Source: an uncultured Tateyamaria sp.
GTDB taxonomy: Bacteria; Pseudomonadota; Alphaproteobacteria; Rhodobacterales; Rhodobacteraceae
Reading direction: 5' to 3'
Assembly: GCF_947487805.1 (NCBI RefSeq)
Contig: NZ_CANKXW010000001.1
Span: 935,580 to 999,579, forward strand
DNA length: 64,000 nt
The notes beneath the pieces were generated by a model. The model searched no databases. It saw only the letters and a program-made list of their open reading frames with translations, and was not told where the DNA came from. The position numbers and the translations under genes were made by a program. Positions 54,582-63,519 of this stretch are shown here, in pieces (positions within the stretch are counted from its first letter, which is position 1; each line of letters opens with the position of its first letter).

Positions 54582-55027
54582 ATCAGGAACCCGCCTTCGT
54601 GGCGCAGCAGGGCCACCTTGGTCTCGACCCCGCCCGCACCTGAAAACCCGGTCAGCCCCTTGGCACCCATCACCCGGTGGCAGGGAATGATGATTGGGAT
54701 CGGATTGCCACCGCAGGCCTGCCCGACCGCCTGCGCAGGCACGCCCAGCACCTTGGCGATGTCGCCATAGGTGATGGTGGCCCCGAACGGAATTGCCGAC
54801 ATGGCCTCGCACACGTCGCGTTGCAGTTGCGATCCCCGCACCCGCAGGGGCAGGTCAAACGCCTCAAGATCCCCGGAATCATAGGCGCGCAGCTGCGCCA
54901 CCGCCGCGTCCAGCGTGTCGGACCGGTCCGCGCATCCCGACATGCCCCAAGACAGGCGTACGATGGCGCCATCCTCTTCGGTGACTGTCAGGGCGCCGAA
55001 TTGCGTCTCTACATCATGCTGTCTCAT
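54578..55027 (-). CDS. ogt: methylated-DNA--protein-cysteine methyltransferase
   Basis: ...ITYGDIAKVLG...NPIPIIIPCHRVMG... contains the PCHRV active site. The ORF is 149 aa. Confidence 0.9.
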   Translation of the reverse strand: MRQHDVETQFGALTVTEEDGAIVRLSWGMSGCADRSDTLDAAVAQLRAYDSGDLEAFDLPLRVRGSQLQRDVCEAMSAIPFGATITYGDIAKVLGVPAQAVGQACGGNPIPIIIPCHRVMGAKGLTGFSGAGGVETKVALLRHEGGFLI

Positions 55028-55075
55028 GGGCGCAGTGTCGCGATCTGCACGGCCGCCCGCAACCCGAACCTTGTG

Positions 55076-56386
55076 CTAAGCGCGCGCAGGCCGGTCGCGG
55101 CGACGCTCCAGAACCCATGCCGCCAACCGTTTGAGCCCGACACCGGTGCGGAACTCGAACTCTTCATAATGGAACTGCCGGGCCGAAACGCCATAGCGGG
55201 GCAGCGAGGTTTGCAAGCTGCGGCGCAGGCTGGTGGGTCCGCAGAACGACACCTTGCAGGCCGCCAGCGCATCCGCGCCAACCTTGTCCGCGATGCTCTG
55301 CGCCGACAACCGCTGACCTTCTCCAGAGGCCACGATGTGCAGGTGCAGGTTCGGTTTGGCGGCGGCAATACCCTCGATTTCGGCCAGATGCGGGGCGGCG
55401 GGCCGTGATTTGACGCAATAGAACATGTGCACATCCGGCGCATCCGCGGCCAGTGCCTCGGCCCAGGCAAGGAACGGTGTCACGCCGATGCCGCCCGCAA
55501 CCCAGACCTGGGCCCGCTTGCCCGTCAGCCGGAACCGCCCGAACGGGCCTTGCACGCGCACGTCCTGCCCGACCTCAAGCACGCGGGGCAGGCGTGTGGT
55601 AAAATCCCCCAGAGGCTTGACCGTCACCCGCAGGCTGCCATCCGCCCCTATGCCGGAAAAGCTGAACGGATGCGGCTCGGCCTGACCGGACCCGGCAAAG
55701 CTGAGGATGCCGAACTGTCCGGCCTCGGCGCGGATCGGACGCCACTTGGGTGTCAGCGTCACGGCCAGCGCATCGCCGGTGGTGTCGAGGGCCGCAACGG
55801 CATAGCGGCGCGCCGGGCGCATCCGTTCCGGCAACAGCATCCAGACATAGGCGAGGATCCCCGCCGCACAGAACACCCCGGTATAAAGCCCGGCAGGATC
55901 CGACATTGCGAATGGTTTCATGATAAAGACAAAGTGGAAGGCCCCCGCGATGAACAGCGCACCCATGGCTTTGTGCGTCCACTTCCACAGGTGATAGGGA
56001 ACAAAGGTCGCGACCGACAGAACGACGAGGATCAACAGGCCATAGAGGCTGATTTCGCCCAGCGTCTCGGCCAGTTCGGTCAGGGCCGTCTCTGTCCCCA
56101 GCCCGCGCATCTCGGCGTCGACCGTGTCGTGTACCAGAATGGCCGCCATCGCCACGATCCCCGCCCATTTGTGCAGCACATAGACCCGGTCGAGCCCTCC
56201 AAACACCGCTTCGACCCCCGCCAACCGCGTCGACAGGATCTGCCCCCACGCCATCAGGATCAGCGCGGCAAGCCCGAGATATTGCGAAAACAGCGCCACC
56301 TGGTCGGTCACGCCGGGCAGGGTGAAAAGTTGATAGGCCGGAAAGAGGGTCGTCGCGATGATCAGCGTCACGCCAATGGGGTTCAT
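55076..56386 (-). CDS. ferric-reductase-domain / FAD / NAD(P)H oxidoreductase (bacterial NOX/FRE-like membrane flavocytochrome)
   Basis: The start is ATG 56386. The TM domain has paired His (...VLHKWAGIVAMAAILVHD..., ...HKAMGALFIAGAFHF...), followed by HPFSFS (FAD) and WVAGGIGVTPF (NAD(P)H). Confidence 0.85.
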   Translation of the reverse strand: MNPIGVTLIIATTLFPAYQLFTLPGVTDQVALFSQYLGLAALILMAWGQILSTRLAGVEAVFGGLDRVYVLHKWAGIVAMAAILVHDTVDAEMRGLGTETALTELAETLGEISLYGLLILVVLSVATFVPYHLWKWTHKAMGALFIAGAFHFVFIMKPFAMSDPAGLYTGVFCAAGILAYVWMLLPERMRPARRYAVAALDTTGDALAVTLTPKWRPIRAEAGQFGILSFAGSGQAEPHPFSFSGIGADGSLRVTVKPLGDFTTRLPRVLEVGQDVRVQGPFGRFRLTGKRAQVWVAGGIGVTPFLAWAEALAADAPDVHMFYCVKSRPAAPHLAEIEGIAAAKPNLHLHIVASGEGQRLSAQSIADKVGADALAACKVSFCGPTSLRRSLQTSLPRYGVSARQFHYEEFEFRTGVGLKRLAAWVLERRRDRPARA

Positions 56387-56628
56387 GTCAATTCCAAGTG
56401 CCGCATGGCGCGGTCTGTTCTGAGTAATCTTGATTGCGCGGGCGAGACCAGCCCACGCGAAGCACCGCACATACATGCAGGATCACGCGCCCAAGTGAAA
56501 TAAACCTTCGGCCTAATCCGGCAGGACGCGCCGTTTTTTCCAGCCCCGACCGACTGTGCACCAACCGCCAGAGACCTGCGCGCGGCCCGCCTCTCGCCAA
56601 GTTCCGCAAAAGGGCGTAAAGCGGCGAT

Positions 56629-57861
56629 ATGGCCCAACCAATCACCCTCGACGACGCGCGTGCATTGCCGCGCTGGCGGCGCCCCACGGCGCTGCTCTTT
56701 CTGATGGCATTCGCGATGCCCATCGGGTTCTCGGTGTGGCTGGCGCTCCTGAACAACTTCGTGGTCGAGGCCGCAAATTTCGACGGCCGCGACATCGGCC
56801 TTTTGCACGCGATCCGTGAAATCCCCGGCTTTCTCGCCATCGGCGTGATCGTGGTCATCATGTTCATGCGGGAGCAGGTGCTGGGCCTTGTGTCCCTGAT
56901 CATGCTGGGGATCGCCACCGCACTGACCGCCCAATTCCCGCAGATGGGCGGCATCCTCGCGCTGACCTTCATCAGCTCGATCGGCTTTCACTATTACGAA
57001 ACGGTCAACCAGTCGCTGCAACTGCAATGGCTGCCCAAGGACCGCGCGCCGCAAATGCTGGGCTGGCTGATGGCGGCCGGGTCGACGGCCACCTTCCTCG
57101 TCTATTTCGTGATCATGGTTTTATGGGAACCGCTGGGCCTGACCTACAACACCGTCTACATGGTGGGTGGCGGCATTACCGCGGCGCTTGCCGCCTTTGC
57201 CATGCTGGCCTATCCGCAATTCGAATCGCCCACTGCCCAACTCAAGACCTTCGTGCTGCGCCGGCGCTACTGGCTCTATTACGCGCTGCAATTCATGTCG
57301 GGCGCGCGGCGCCAGATCTTCATGGTCTTTGCAGGCTTCATGATGGTCGAGAAATTCGGGTTTGAGGTGCACGAGCTGACCGCGCTCTATCTCATCAACC
57401 TGATGGTCAACATCATCGTCGCCCCGCTTTTGGGGCGCATCGTGGCGCGGTTTGGCGAACAACGGGCGCTGGTCTTTGAATATACCGGGCTGGTGCTGGT
57501 GTTTCTTGCCTATGGTGGCGTCTATTTCCTTGGCTGGGGCCTGATGGTGGCGGCGGCACTTTACGTGATCGACCACGTGTTCTTTGGCCTGGCACTTGCA
57601 CTGAAAACCTATTTCCAGAAAATCGCCGACCCGCAGGACATCGCGCCGACGGCAGCCGTCGCATTCACGATCAACCACATCGCCGCCGTTGCGCTGCCTG
57701 TGCCGCTGGGCCTTTTGTGGCTGGTGTCGCCGGGGGCGGTTTTCCTGCTGGCGGCGGGCATGGCGGCCACATCGCTCATGCTGGCGCTGCTGATCCCGCG
57801 CCACCCGGTGCCCGGATACGAAACCCGGCTGGCCGGACCGCTGCCCGCACCCGCCGAATGA
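56629..57861 (+). CDS. MFS-type transporter (12-TM-like membrane protein)
   Basis: A 410-aa ORF that is hydrophobic throughout, with two-halves organisation. The substrate is unknown. Confidence 0.72.
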   Translation: MAQPITLDDARALPRWRRPTALLFLMAFAMPIGFSVWLALLNNFVVEAANFDGRDIGLLHAIREIPGFLAIGVIVVIMFMREQVLGLVSLIMLGIATALTAQFPQMGGILALTFISSIGFHYYETVNQSLQLQWLPKDRAPQMLGWLMAAGSTATFLVYFVIMVLWEPLGLTYNTVYMVGGGITAALAAFAMLAYPQFESPTAQLKTFVLRRRYWLYYALQFMSGARRQIFMVFAGFMMVEKFGFEVHELTALYLINLMVNIIVAPLLGRIVARFGEQRALVFEYTGLVLVFLAYGGVYFLGWGLMVAAALYVIDHVFFGLALALKTYFQKIADPQDIAPTAAVAFTINHIAAVALPVPLGLLWLVSPGAVFLLAAGMAATSLMLALLIPRHPVPGYETRLAGPLPAPAE

Positions 57862-57862
57862 C

Positions 57863-59248
57863 ATGGCACCGGGCCGCTTCCTGACCGGATCCACCATGGG
57901 CCACGTGGTGCGCATGACCGCGACAGGCGCGTTCGGCATCATGTTCGTCTTTCTTGTCGATGCCGCCAACCTGCTGTGGATTTCCCAACTGGGCCAGCCG
58001 CAGCTGGTGGCCGCCATCGGCTTTGCCTACGCGATCCAGTTCTTCTCGGTCTCCTCTGGCGTGGGTCTGATGATCGCCGCCACCGCCCTCGTGTCGCGCC
58101 GCATCGGCGAGGACGACCGGGCGGGTGCCCGCACGCAAGCCGGAGCCGCACTGGCCATCGCGGCGGCGGTGCAAGGGGCCGTGGCCTGCATCATCTTTGC
58201 CCTGCGCCACGATCTTGTGGCGCTGGCGGGGGCCGAAGGCGACACGGCCCGCCTTGCCGCGCGCTATCTGGGCCAGACGGTGTTCTCGCTGATCCCCATG
58301 GCGGTCGCCCTGATCGCGTCCGGCACGCTGCGTGCGGACGGGTACGGGGCCAAGGCGATGTATGTGACGTTCTTCTCGGGCGTGCTTTTGATGGTGGTCG
58401 ACCCGATATTCATCCTGTGGTGGGGCATGGGGCTTGATGGGGCGGCGCTGGGGCTGGTGCTGTTCCGGTTCTGCCTGATGGGCCTGGCGCTCTATTTCGC
58501 AAGCGTTCAGCTGGATCTGATCGCGCGGCCAGGTTGGGGCGCGGCGGCTCGGACCTTGCGGCCCTATATGGCCGTCGCACTGCCCGCAATTGCGACCCAG
58601 CTGGCGACACCCTCGGGCAATTACCTGCTGACCATCGTGATGGCGCCCTTTGGCGATGATGCCGTCGCGGCCTGGGCCGTGGTGGGGCGGCTGACCGTGC
58701 TGGCCTTTGGCGGTGTCTTTGCGCTCTCGGGTTCCATCGGGGGCATATTTGGCCAGAACCTTGGCGCGGGCCAGTATGACCGCCTGCGCAGCACCTACCG
58801 CGACGCGTTGATCTTTTGCGGTATCTACACGGTGGTTGTCTGGGCCGTGCTCTGGGCCGTGACGCCGGTGGTGATCCAGGCCTTTGGCCTGACGGGGCAG
58901 GGGGCGGATGTGCTGCGCGCCTTTACCACTGTTGGCGCGGGCGGGTTTATCTTTGTCGGCGCACTTTTTGTTGCCAATGCTGCGTTCAACAACCTTGGCA
59001 AGCCCGGCCGGTCCACCCTGCTCGGCTGGATCAAGGACGGCGTGCTCAGTTGGCCCGCCGCCGCATTGCTCGCCGCCAGCTTTGGCGCGACCGGCGTCAT
59101 CTATGGGCAGGCGGCGGCGGGCGTGATCATGGGCGGGCTTGCAGCACTGTGGGGCTGGCGCTATGTGGCGCGCCTGGGGCCCGATGTGGCCGCCGCACCG
59201 CCCACGCCACGCCCGTGGCCCAACCCTGACAGATATCGGAGCCGCTGA
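57863..59248 (+). CDS. MATE-family efflux transporter
   Basis: A 461-aa polytopic ORF with a MATE-like N-terminus (...MTATGAFGIMFVFLVDAANLLWISQLG...). It starts 1 nt after the MFS stop. Confidence 0.82.
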   Translation: MAPGRFLTGSTMGHVVRMTATGAFGIMFVFLVDAANLLWISQLGQPQLVAAIGFAYAIQFFSVSSGVGLMIAATALVSRRIGEDDRAGARTQAGAALAIAAAVQGAVACIIFALRHDLVALAGAEGDTARLAARYLGQTVFSLIPMAVALIASGTLRADGYGAKAMYVTFFSGVLLMVVDPIFILWWGMGLDGAALGLVLFRFCLMGLALYFASVQLDLIARPGWGAAARTLRPYMAVALPAIATQLATPSGNYLLTIVMAPFGDDAVAAWAVVGRLTVLAFGGVFALSGSIGGIFGQNLGAGQYDRLRSTYRDALIFCGIYTVVVWAVLWAVTPVVIQAFGLTGQGADVLRAFTTVGAGGFIFVGALFVANAAFNNLGKPGRSTLLGWIKDGVLSWPAAALLAASFGATGVIYGQAAAGVIMGGLAALWGWRYVARLGPDVAAAPPTPRPWPNPDRYRSR

Positions 59249-60114
59249 TGCCCACCTGGACCGCCCTCACCACCCTGCAAGGCAAGGCGCAGGCCGACGC
59301 GCTGGGTGCCGCTCTCGAGCACATGGACCCCGAGCCCACAGGCGTCGGCGTCTTCGAGGTCGAGGATGGATCGGGTCTTTGGGAGGTCGGCGCCTATTTC
59401 ACCGACCAGCCCGACGATACCGCGCTCTTGCTGCTGACGACCGCCATGGCGGCCAAGCCGTTCACCGTGTCCGAACTGCCCGAAACCGATTGGGTGGCCC
59501 ATGTGCGGCGCGAACTGGCCCCGGTCGAGGCCGGGCGCTTCTTTGTCTACGGCAGCCACGACGCGGACAAGGTGCCCGCAGGCAAGACACCCCTGCTGAT
59601 CGAGGCGGCGATGGCCTTTGGCACCGGCCACCACGGCACGACGCTGGGGTGTTTGCGCGCGCTCGATACGTTGGCCAATGACGGTTTCACGGCGGCGCGC
59701 GTCGCCGACATCGGCTGCGGCACCGCCGTTCTGGCGATGGGGGCCGCGACGCTCTGGCCGAACGACGTGATCGCCAGCGACATCGACCAACAGGCCGTCG
59801 AGGTGGCCCTGGCCAACCTCTCCGCCAATGACATGACCGGTCAGGTCCGCGTGGTCGAGGCCGCAGGGTTCGACCACCCAGAGCTTGCAGGCCCCTTTAA
59901 CCTGATCTTTGCCAATATCCTCAAAGGCCCCTTGATTGCCCTGGCACCCGACCTCACCGATCGCCTCGAGCCGGGGGGCTATGCGATTCTGTCCGGTATT
60001 CTCAACGAACAGGCCGACGAAGTGGCCGGTGTTTATGCTCAGCTTGGAAACAATCTGACCTTGCGCGCAGAGATTGGTGAATGGACCACCCTGACCCTAC
60101 AAAAAAAGCCATAA
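59248..60114 (+). CDS. prmA: ribosomal protein L11 methyltransferase PrmA
   Basis: ...AMAFGTGHHGTTLGCL... and the SAM motif ...VADIGCGTAVLAM... are present. Its ATG shares a base with the MATE stop. Confidence 0.9.
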   Translation: MPTWTALTTLQGKAQADALGAALEHMDPEPTGVGVFEVEDGSGLWEVGAYFTDQPDDTALLLLTTAMAAKPFTVSELPETDWVAHVRRELAPVEAGRFFVYGSHDADKVPAGKTPLLIEAAMAFGTGHHGTTLGCLRALDTLANDGFTAARVADIGCGTAVLAMGAATLWPNDVIASDIDQQAVEVALANLSANDMTGQVRVVEAAGFDHPELAGPFNLIFANILKGPLIALAPDLTDRLEPGGYAILSGILNEQADEVAGVYAQLGNNLTLRAEIGEWTTLTLQKKP

Positions 60115-60225
60115 TTAAGCGCGGTTTTTAGGGGCATTTGACGCATTTGCCCAGATTTTGCCACAATTGGGGCGCACCTTGATCCTCGAAACTGGTGGGG
60201 GCCGGTTTGATGTAACGAGGCTGCC

Positions 60226-60576
60226 ATGGCTGTTGAAACCCAAGCACATTTTCACAAACGCCTAGGCGCGGTTGGCCGCAAGCATGCGGCGATGGCGCAA
60301 GGCTATACCACTCAGGTTCGCGGCGACGGATTGATTGTCGTCAAGGCAAAGCGCGGCAAGGCGCGCCGTTTCTTCCCGGTCAAGGGACTGGCGGCGCTGA
60401 TCCTCGGCTTTTTCATCTTCAAGGCGTTCATGCTCGCGTCACTGGGCGAAATTACCTACAACGAACGCGTGGCCAAGCTTCAGCAGGGCACGCAGATCGA
60501 ACAGGGCGGCGCCTACGTGATGCAATTGGATGTCATCACTCAGTTCATTGCGGGCTTTCTCGAACCGCTGACCTGA
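60226..60576 (+). CDS. hypothetical small membrane protein (116 aa, one TM)
   Basis: The ORF has a basic N-terminus and a single hydrophobic segment (GLAALILGFFIFKAFMLASLG), and is followed by a strong terminator. No family was recognised. Confidence 0.55.
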   Translation: MAVETQAHFHKRLGAVGRKHAAMAQGYTTQVRGDGLIVVKAKRGKARRFFPVKGLAALILGFFIFKAFMLASLGEITYNERVAKLQQGTQIEQGGAYVMQLDVITQFIAGFLEPLT

Positions 60577-60605
60577 CATTCTCTCTCGGTACGACCCTCC
60601 AAATG

Positions 60606-60640
60606 AAAAAGCCGCGAAACCCATCTGGTTTCGCGGCTTT
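60606..60640. terminator. bidirectional intrinsic terminator
   Basis: AAAAA-AAGCCGCGAAACC-CATCT-GGTTTCGCGGCTT-T is a 13-bp perfect stem flanked by an A-run and a T-run. It lies between convergent genes 60226-60576(+) and 60685-60894(-). Confidence 0.75.
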
Positions 60641-60684
60641 GCCCCGTTTCAGGGGCGCGGTCCGAAGGGGAGAACCCGGATCGT

Positions 60685-60894
60685 TCAGTGGCCGGAGGCC
60701 ACGTCTTCGATGTCGCCACGAACCAGACCGATATCGTCCAGTTCACGGTCCGTCAGCGACGAGAGTGCGTTGCGGGTCACGCGGGCATCGTTCCAGGCCA
60801 CAACTTGGGCGACCAGATTGGCAACAAAGCCTTTGAATTGGCCTGCAACAGGTGCAGCGCCATATGCGGGGCGGGTGGTGTCGAAAGCAGCCAT
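60685..60894 (-). CDS. DUF1127 small protein
   Basis: The start is ATG 60894 (AAAAGGAC upstream). The 69-aa product has a C-terminal ...SLTDRELDDIGLVRGDIEDVA..., the typical DUF1127 signature. Confidence 0.75.
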   Translation of the reverse strand: MAAFDTTRPAYGAAPVAGQFKGFVANLVAQVVAWNDARVTRNALSSLTDRELDDIGLVRGDIEDVASGH

Positions 60895-61243
60895 TGCAGC
60901 AGTCCTTTTATCGATGTGTCGACGCCGAACCATTCGGCGTTGTGCTGCGCATTTAGGCACAGTGTGAACATGAGACAAGGATAGAAAAATCATAGGTGCC
61001 ATGCGTTTATTGCATAGCGTCTGATCGCAGTTAACCTACCGTAAAACATACAGAAATCCGGAATCGAAACATGTCGATTTCCGACATGGAAATGACGAAT
61101 TTGACCCCTCTCGCCGCGGCCGCGTCGGTCCCGGATAACCCCGTGTCGCAAATGGGCCGAGCTGTTAACCCTTGGCGGATGTTCGCGTTTCGTGCTACTG
61201 GTGGTCCAAAGCCGTCAGAGCGAGCAGGACAAGGGCACGAAAC

Positions 61244-61786
61244 ATGCGAATTTTGGGAATTGATCCGGGCCTGCGCCATACCGGCTGGGGAATCATCGAC
61301 ATGGACGGCCCCCGCCTGCGCCACGTGGCCAACGGCATCTGTCATTCTGCGGGCGACGATCTGGCCCAACGCCTGCTCAGCCTCTTCGAACAGCTCAGCG
61401 CGGTGGTCCGCGCCCATGGCCCCGATACGGCCGCCGTGGAACAGACATTCGTGAACGCCGACGGCTCCGGCACGCTCAAACTGGGGCAGGCACGCGGCAT
61501 CGCCATGCTGGTGCCGGCCCGCGCGGGCCTCAGTATCGGGGAATACGCACCCAACGCCGTCAAGAAAACGGTGGTCGGCGTGGGCCACGCGGACAAACGG
61601 CAGGTGGCGCATATGGTCGCCCTGCAACTGCCGGGGGTCGAGATCGAAGGCTCGGACGCCGCCGACGCACTGGCCATCGCCATTTGCCACGCCCATCACG
61701 GCGCCCGCGCCGTGCCCACGGCGCAGGCGCCTGCCAAGGGCCTCGCCGCCGCCATCGCCAAGGCCGAAGCACAGGCCAGCATATGA
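61244..61786 (+). CDS. ruvC: crossover junction endodeoxyribonuclease RuvC
   Basis: The start is ATG 61244. [18 protein letters not shown]...VEQTFVN...[11 protein letters not shown]... contains the catalytic acidic residues. Confidence 0.95.
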   Translation: MRILGIDPGLRHTGWGIIDMDGPRLRHVANGICHSAGDDLAQRLLSLFEQLSAVVRAHGPDTAAVEQTFVNADGSGTLKLGQARGIAMLVPARAGLSIGEYAPNAVKKTVVGVGHADKRQVAHMVALQLPGVEIEGSDAADALAIAICHAHHGARAVPTAQAPAKGLAAAIAKAEAQASI

Positions 61787-62442
61787 TCGGCAAGCTGACA
61801 GGCCGCATCGATTACCGCGCCAGCGACCACATCCTGATCGACGTGCGCGGCGTGGGTTATATCGTTTATTGCTCCGACCGCACGCTCGCGGCCTTGCCCG
61901 GCGCGGGTCAGGTCTGTGCGCTCTTTACCGATCTGGTGGTGCGCGAAGATCTGATGCAGCTTTTCGGCTTTCCCACGCTGGCGGAAAAGGAATGGCATCG
62001 CCTTTTGATGTCGGTGCAAGGCGTGGGGGCCAAGGCGTCGCTTGCGATCCTCGGCACGCTGGGCACCGATGGGGTCAGCCGCGCGATTGCGCTGGGCGAC
62101 TGGAACGCGGTCAAGGCGGCCAAGGGCATCGGCCCCAAAATCGCGCAGCGCATCGTTCTGGATCTCAAGGACAAGGCACCGACGGTCATGGCCATGGGCG
62201 GCACCGTGGCGCAGGCGCTCGGCACGGCCGAGGCCGAGGGCGACGCACAGGTCATCGAACCGGTCGCCGTGGCCGCGCCAGTATCCACCGCTCAGGCCGA
62301 TGCGCTGTCGGCGCTGGGCAATCTGGGTTACGGCCCCTCCGACGCTGCCGCCGCCGTGGCGCAGGCCGCGGGCGACGCACCTGATGCGGACACGCCCGGA
62401 CTGATCCGCGCGGCATTGAAACTCCTGGCACCCTCGGGCTAG
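61783..62442 (+). CDS. ruvA: Holliday junction branch-migration complex subunit RuvA
   Basis: The start is ATG 61783 (ATGA overlap with ruvC). [11 protein letters not shown]...VGYIVYCS...[16 protein letters not shown]... includes the HhH motifs. Confidence 0.95.
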   Translation: MIGKLTGRIDYRASDHILIDVRGVGYIVYCSDRTLAALPGAGQVCALFTDLVVREDLMQLFGFPTLAEKEWHRLLMSVQGVGAKASLAILGTLGTDGVSRAIALGDWNAVKAAKGIGPKIAQRIVLDLKDKAPTVMAMGGTVAQALGTAEAEGDAQVIEPVAVAAPVSTAQADALSALGNLGYGPSDAAAAVAQAAGDAPDADTPGLIRAALKLLAPSG

Positions 62443-62484
62443 GGAAACAGGGCGCGGCATCTGCGCCTTGCAAAGGAACACGGG

Positions 62485-63510
62485 ATGACCCAAGGCTCTT
62501 CTGATCCCACCTTGCGCCCCGAGGCGCAGGCCGAGGACGTGGACCGCGCGCTGCGGCCACAGGTCCTCGACGATTTCGTAGGCCAGGCCGAGGCACGGGC
62601 CAACCTGCGCGTCTTTATCCAGTCGGCGAAACAGCGTGGCGAGGCGATGGACCACACGCTGTTCCACGGCCCCCCAGGTCTGGGCAAGACGACGCTGGCG
62701 CAGATCATGGCGCGCGAGCTGGGCGTGGGGTTCCGCATGACCTCCGGCCCCGTGCTGGCCAAGGCCGGGGATCTGGCCGCCATCCTGACAAATCTCGAGG
62801 CACGCGATGTGCTGTTCATCGACGAAATCCACCGCCTCAACCCGGCCGTCGAAGAGGTGCTCTATCCCGCGCTCGAGGATTTCGAACTCGATCTGGTGAT
62901 CGGCGAAGGCCCCGCCGCGCGCACCGTCCGCATTGAATTGCAGCCCTTTACTCTGGTGGGGGCGACGACGCGGATGGGGCTTTTGACGACGCCACTGCGC
63001 GACCGTTTTGGCATCCCCACCCGGTTGCAGTTCTATACCGAGGATGAACTCTTTACGATTGTCGAACGCAACGCCCGCAAGCTGGGCGCGCCCGCGGACG
63101 AAGGCGGCGCGCGCGAGATCGCCAAACGTGCCCGCGGCACCCCACGGATTGCCGGGCGGCTCTTGCGCCGCGTGGTGGATTTTGCCGTGGTCGAGGGCGA
63201 CGGGCGTGTGACCCAAGCGCTTGCCGATGCTGCGCTGACGCGTCTGGGCGTCGATCATCTGGGTCTGGACGGTGCGGATCGGCGTTACCTCCAACTGATG
63301 GCCGATCATTACGGCGGCGGTCCGGTGGGCGTCGAGACGCTGAGCGCGGCCCTGAGCGAGAGCCGCGACGCGCTCGAAGAGGTGATCGAACCCTATCTGT
63401 TGCAGCAGGGTCTGATCCAGCGCACGCCCCGTGGCCGGATGCTGGCGCAACGGGCCTGGCGGCATCTCGGGCTCGAGGCGCCGCGCCCGTCAGGCGATTT
63501 GTTTGAATAA
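62485..63510 (+). CDS. ruvB: Holliday junction DNA helicase RuvB
   Basis: ...[14 protein letters not shown]... (Walker A), ...[10 protein letters not shown]... (Walker B) and ...[13 protein letters not shown]... are present. Confidence 0.97.
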   Translation: MTQGSSDPTLRPEAQAEDVDRALRPQVLDDFVGQAEARANLRVFIQSAKQRGEAMDHTLFHGPPGLGKTTLAQIMARELGVGFRMTSGPVLAKAGDLAAILTNLEARDVLFIDEIHRLNPAVEEVLYPALEDFELDLVIGEGPAARTVRIELQPFTLVGATTRMGLLTTPLRDRFGIPTRLQFYTEDELFTIVERNARKLGAPADEGGAREIAKRARGTPRIAGRLLRRVVDFAVVEGDGRVTQALADAALTRLGVDHLGLDGADRRYLQLMADHYGGGPVGVETLSAALSESRDALEEVIEPYLLQQGLIQRTPRGRMLAQRAWRHLGLEAPRPSGDLFE

Positions 63511-63519
63511 GAGTGAACC

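Noticed and set aside
61071-61454. A 127-aa plus-strand ORF starts in the AT-richer region upstream of ruvC and runs into ruvC in another frame.
   Set aside because: It overlaps the unambiguous ruvC reading frame and has poor coding statistics in the upstream part. The region is more likely ruvC promoter/leader plus the DUF1127 promoter.
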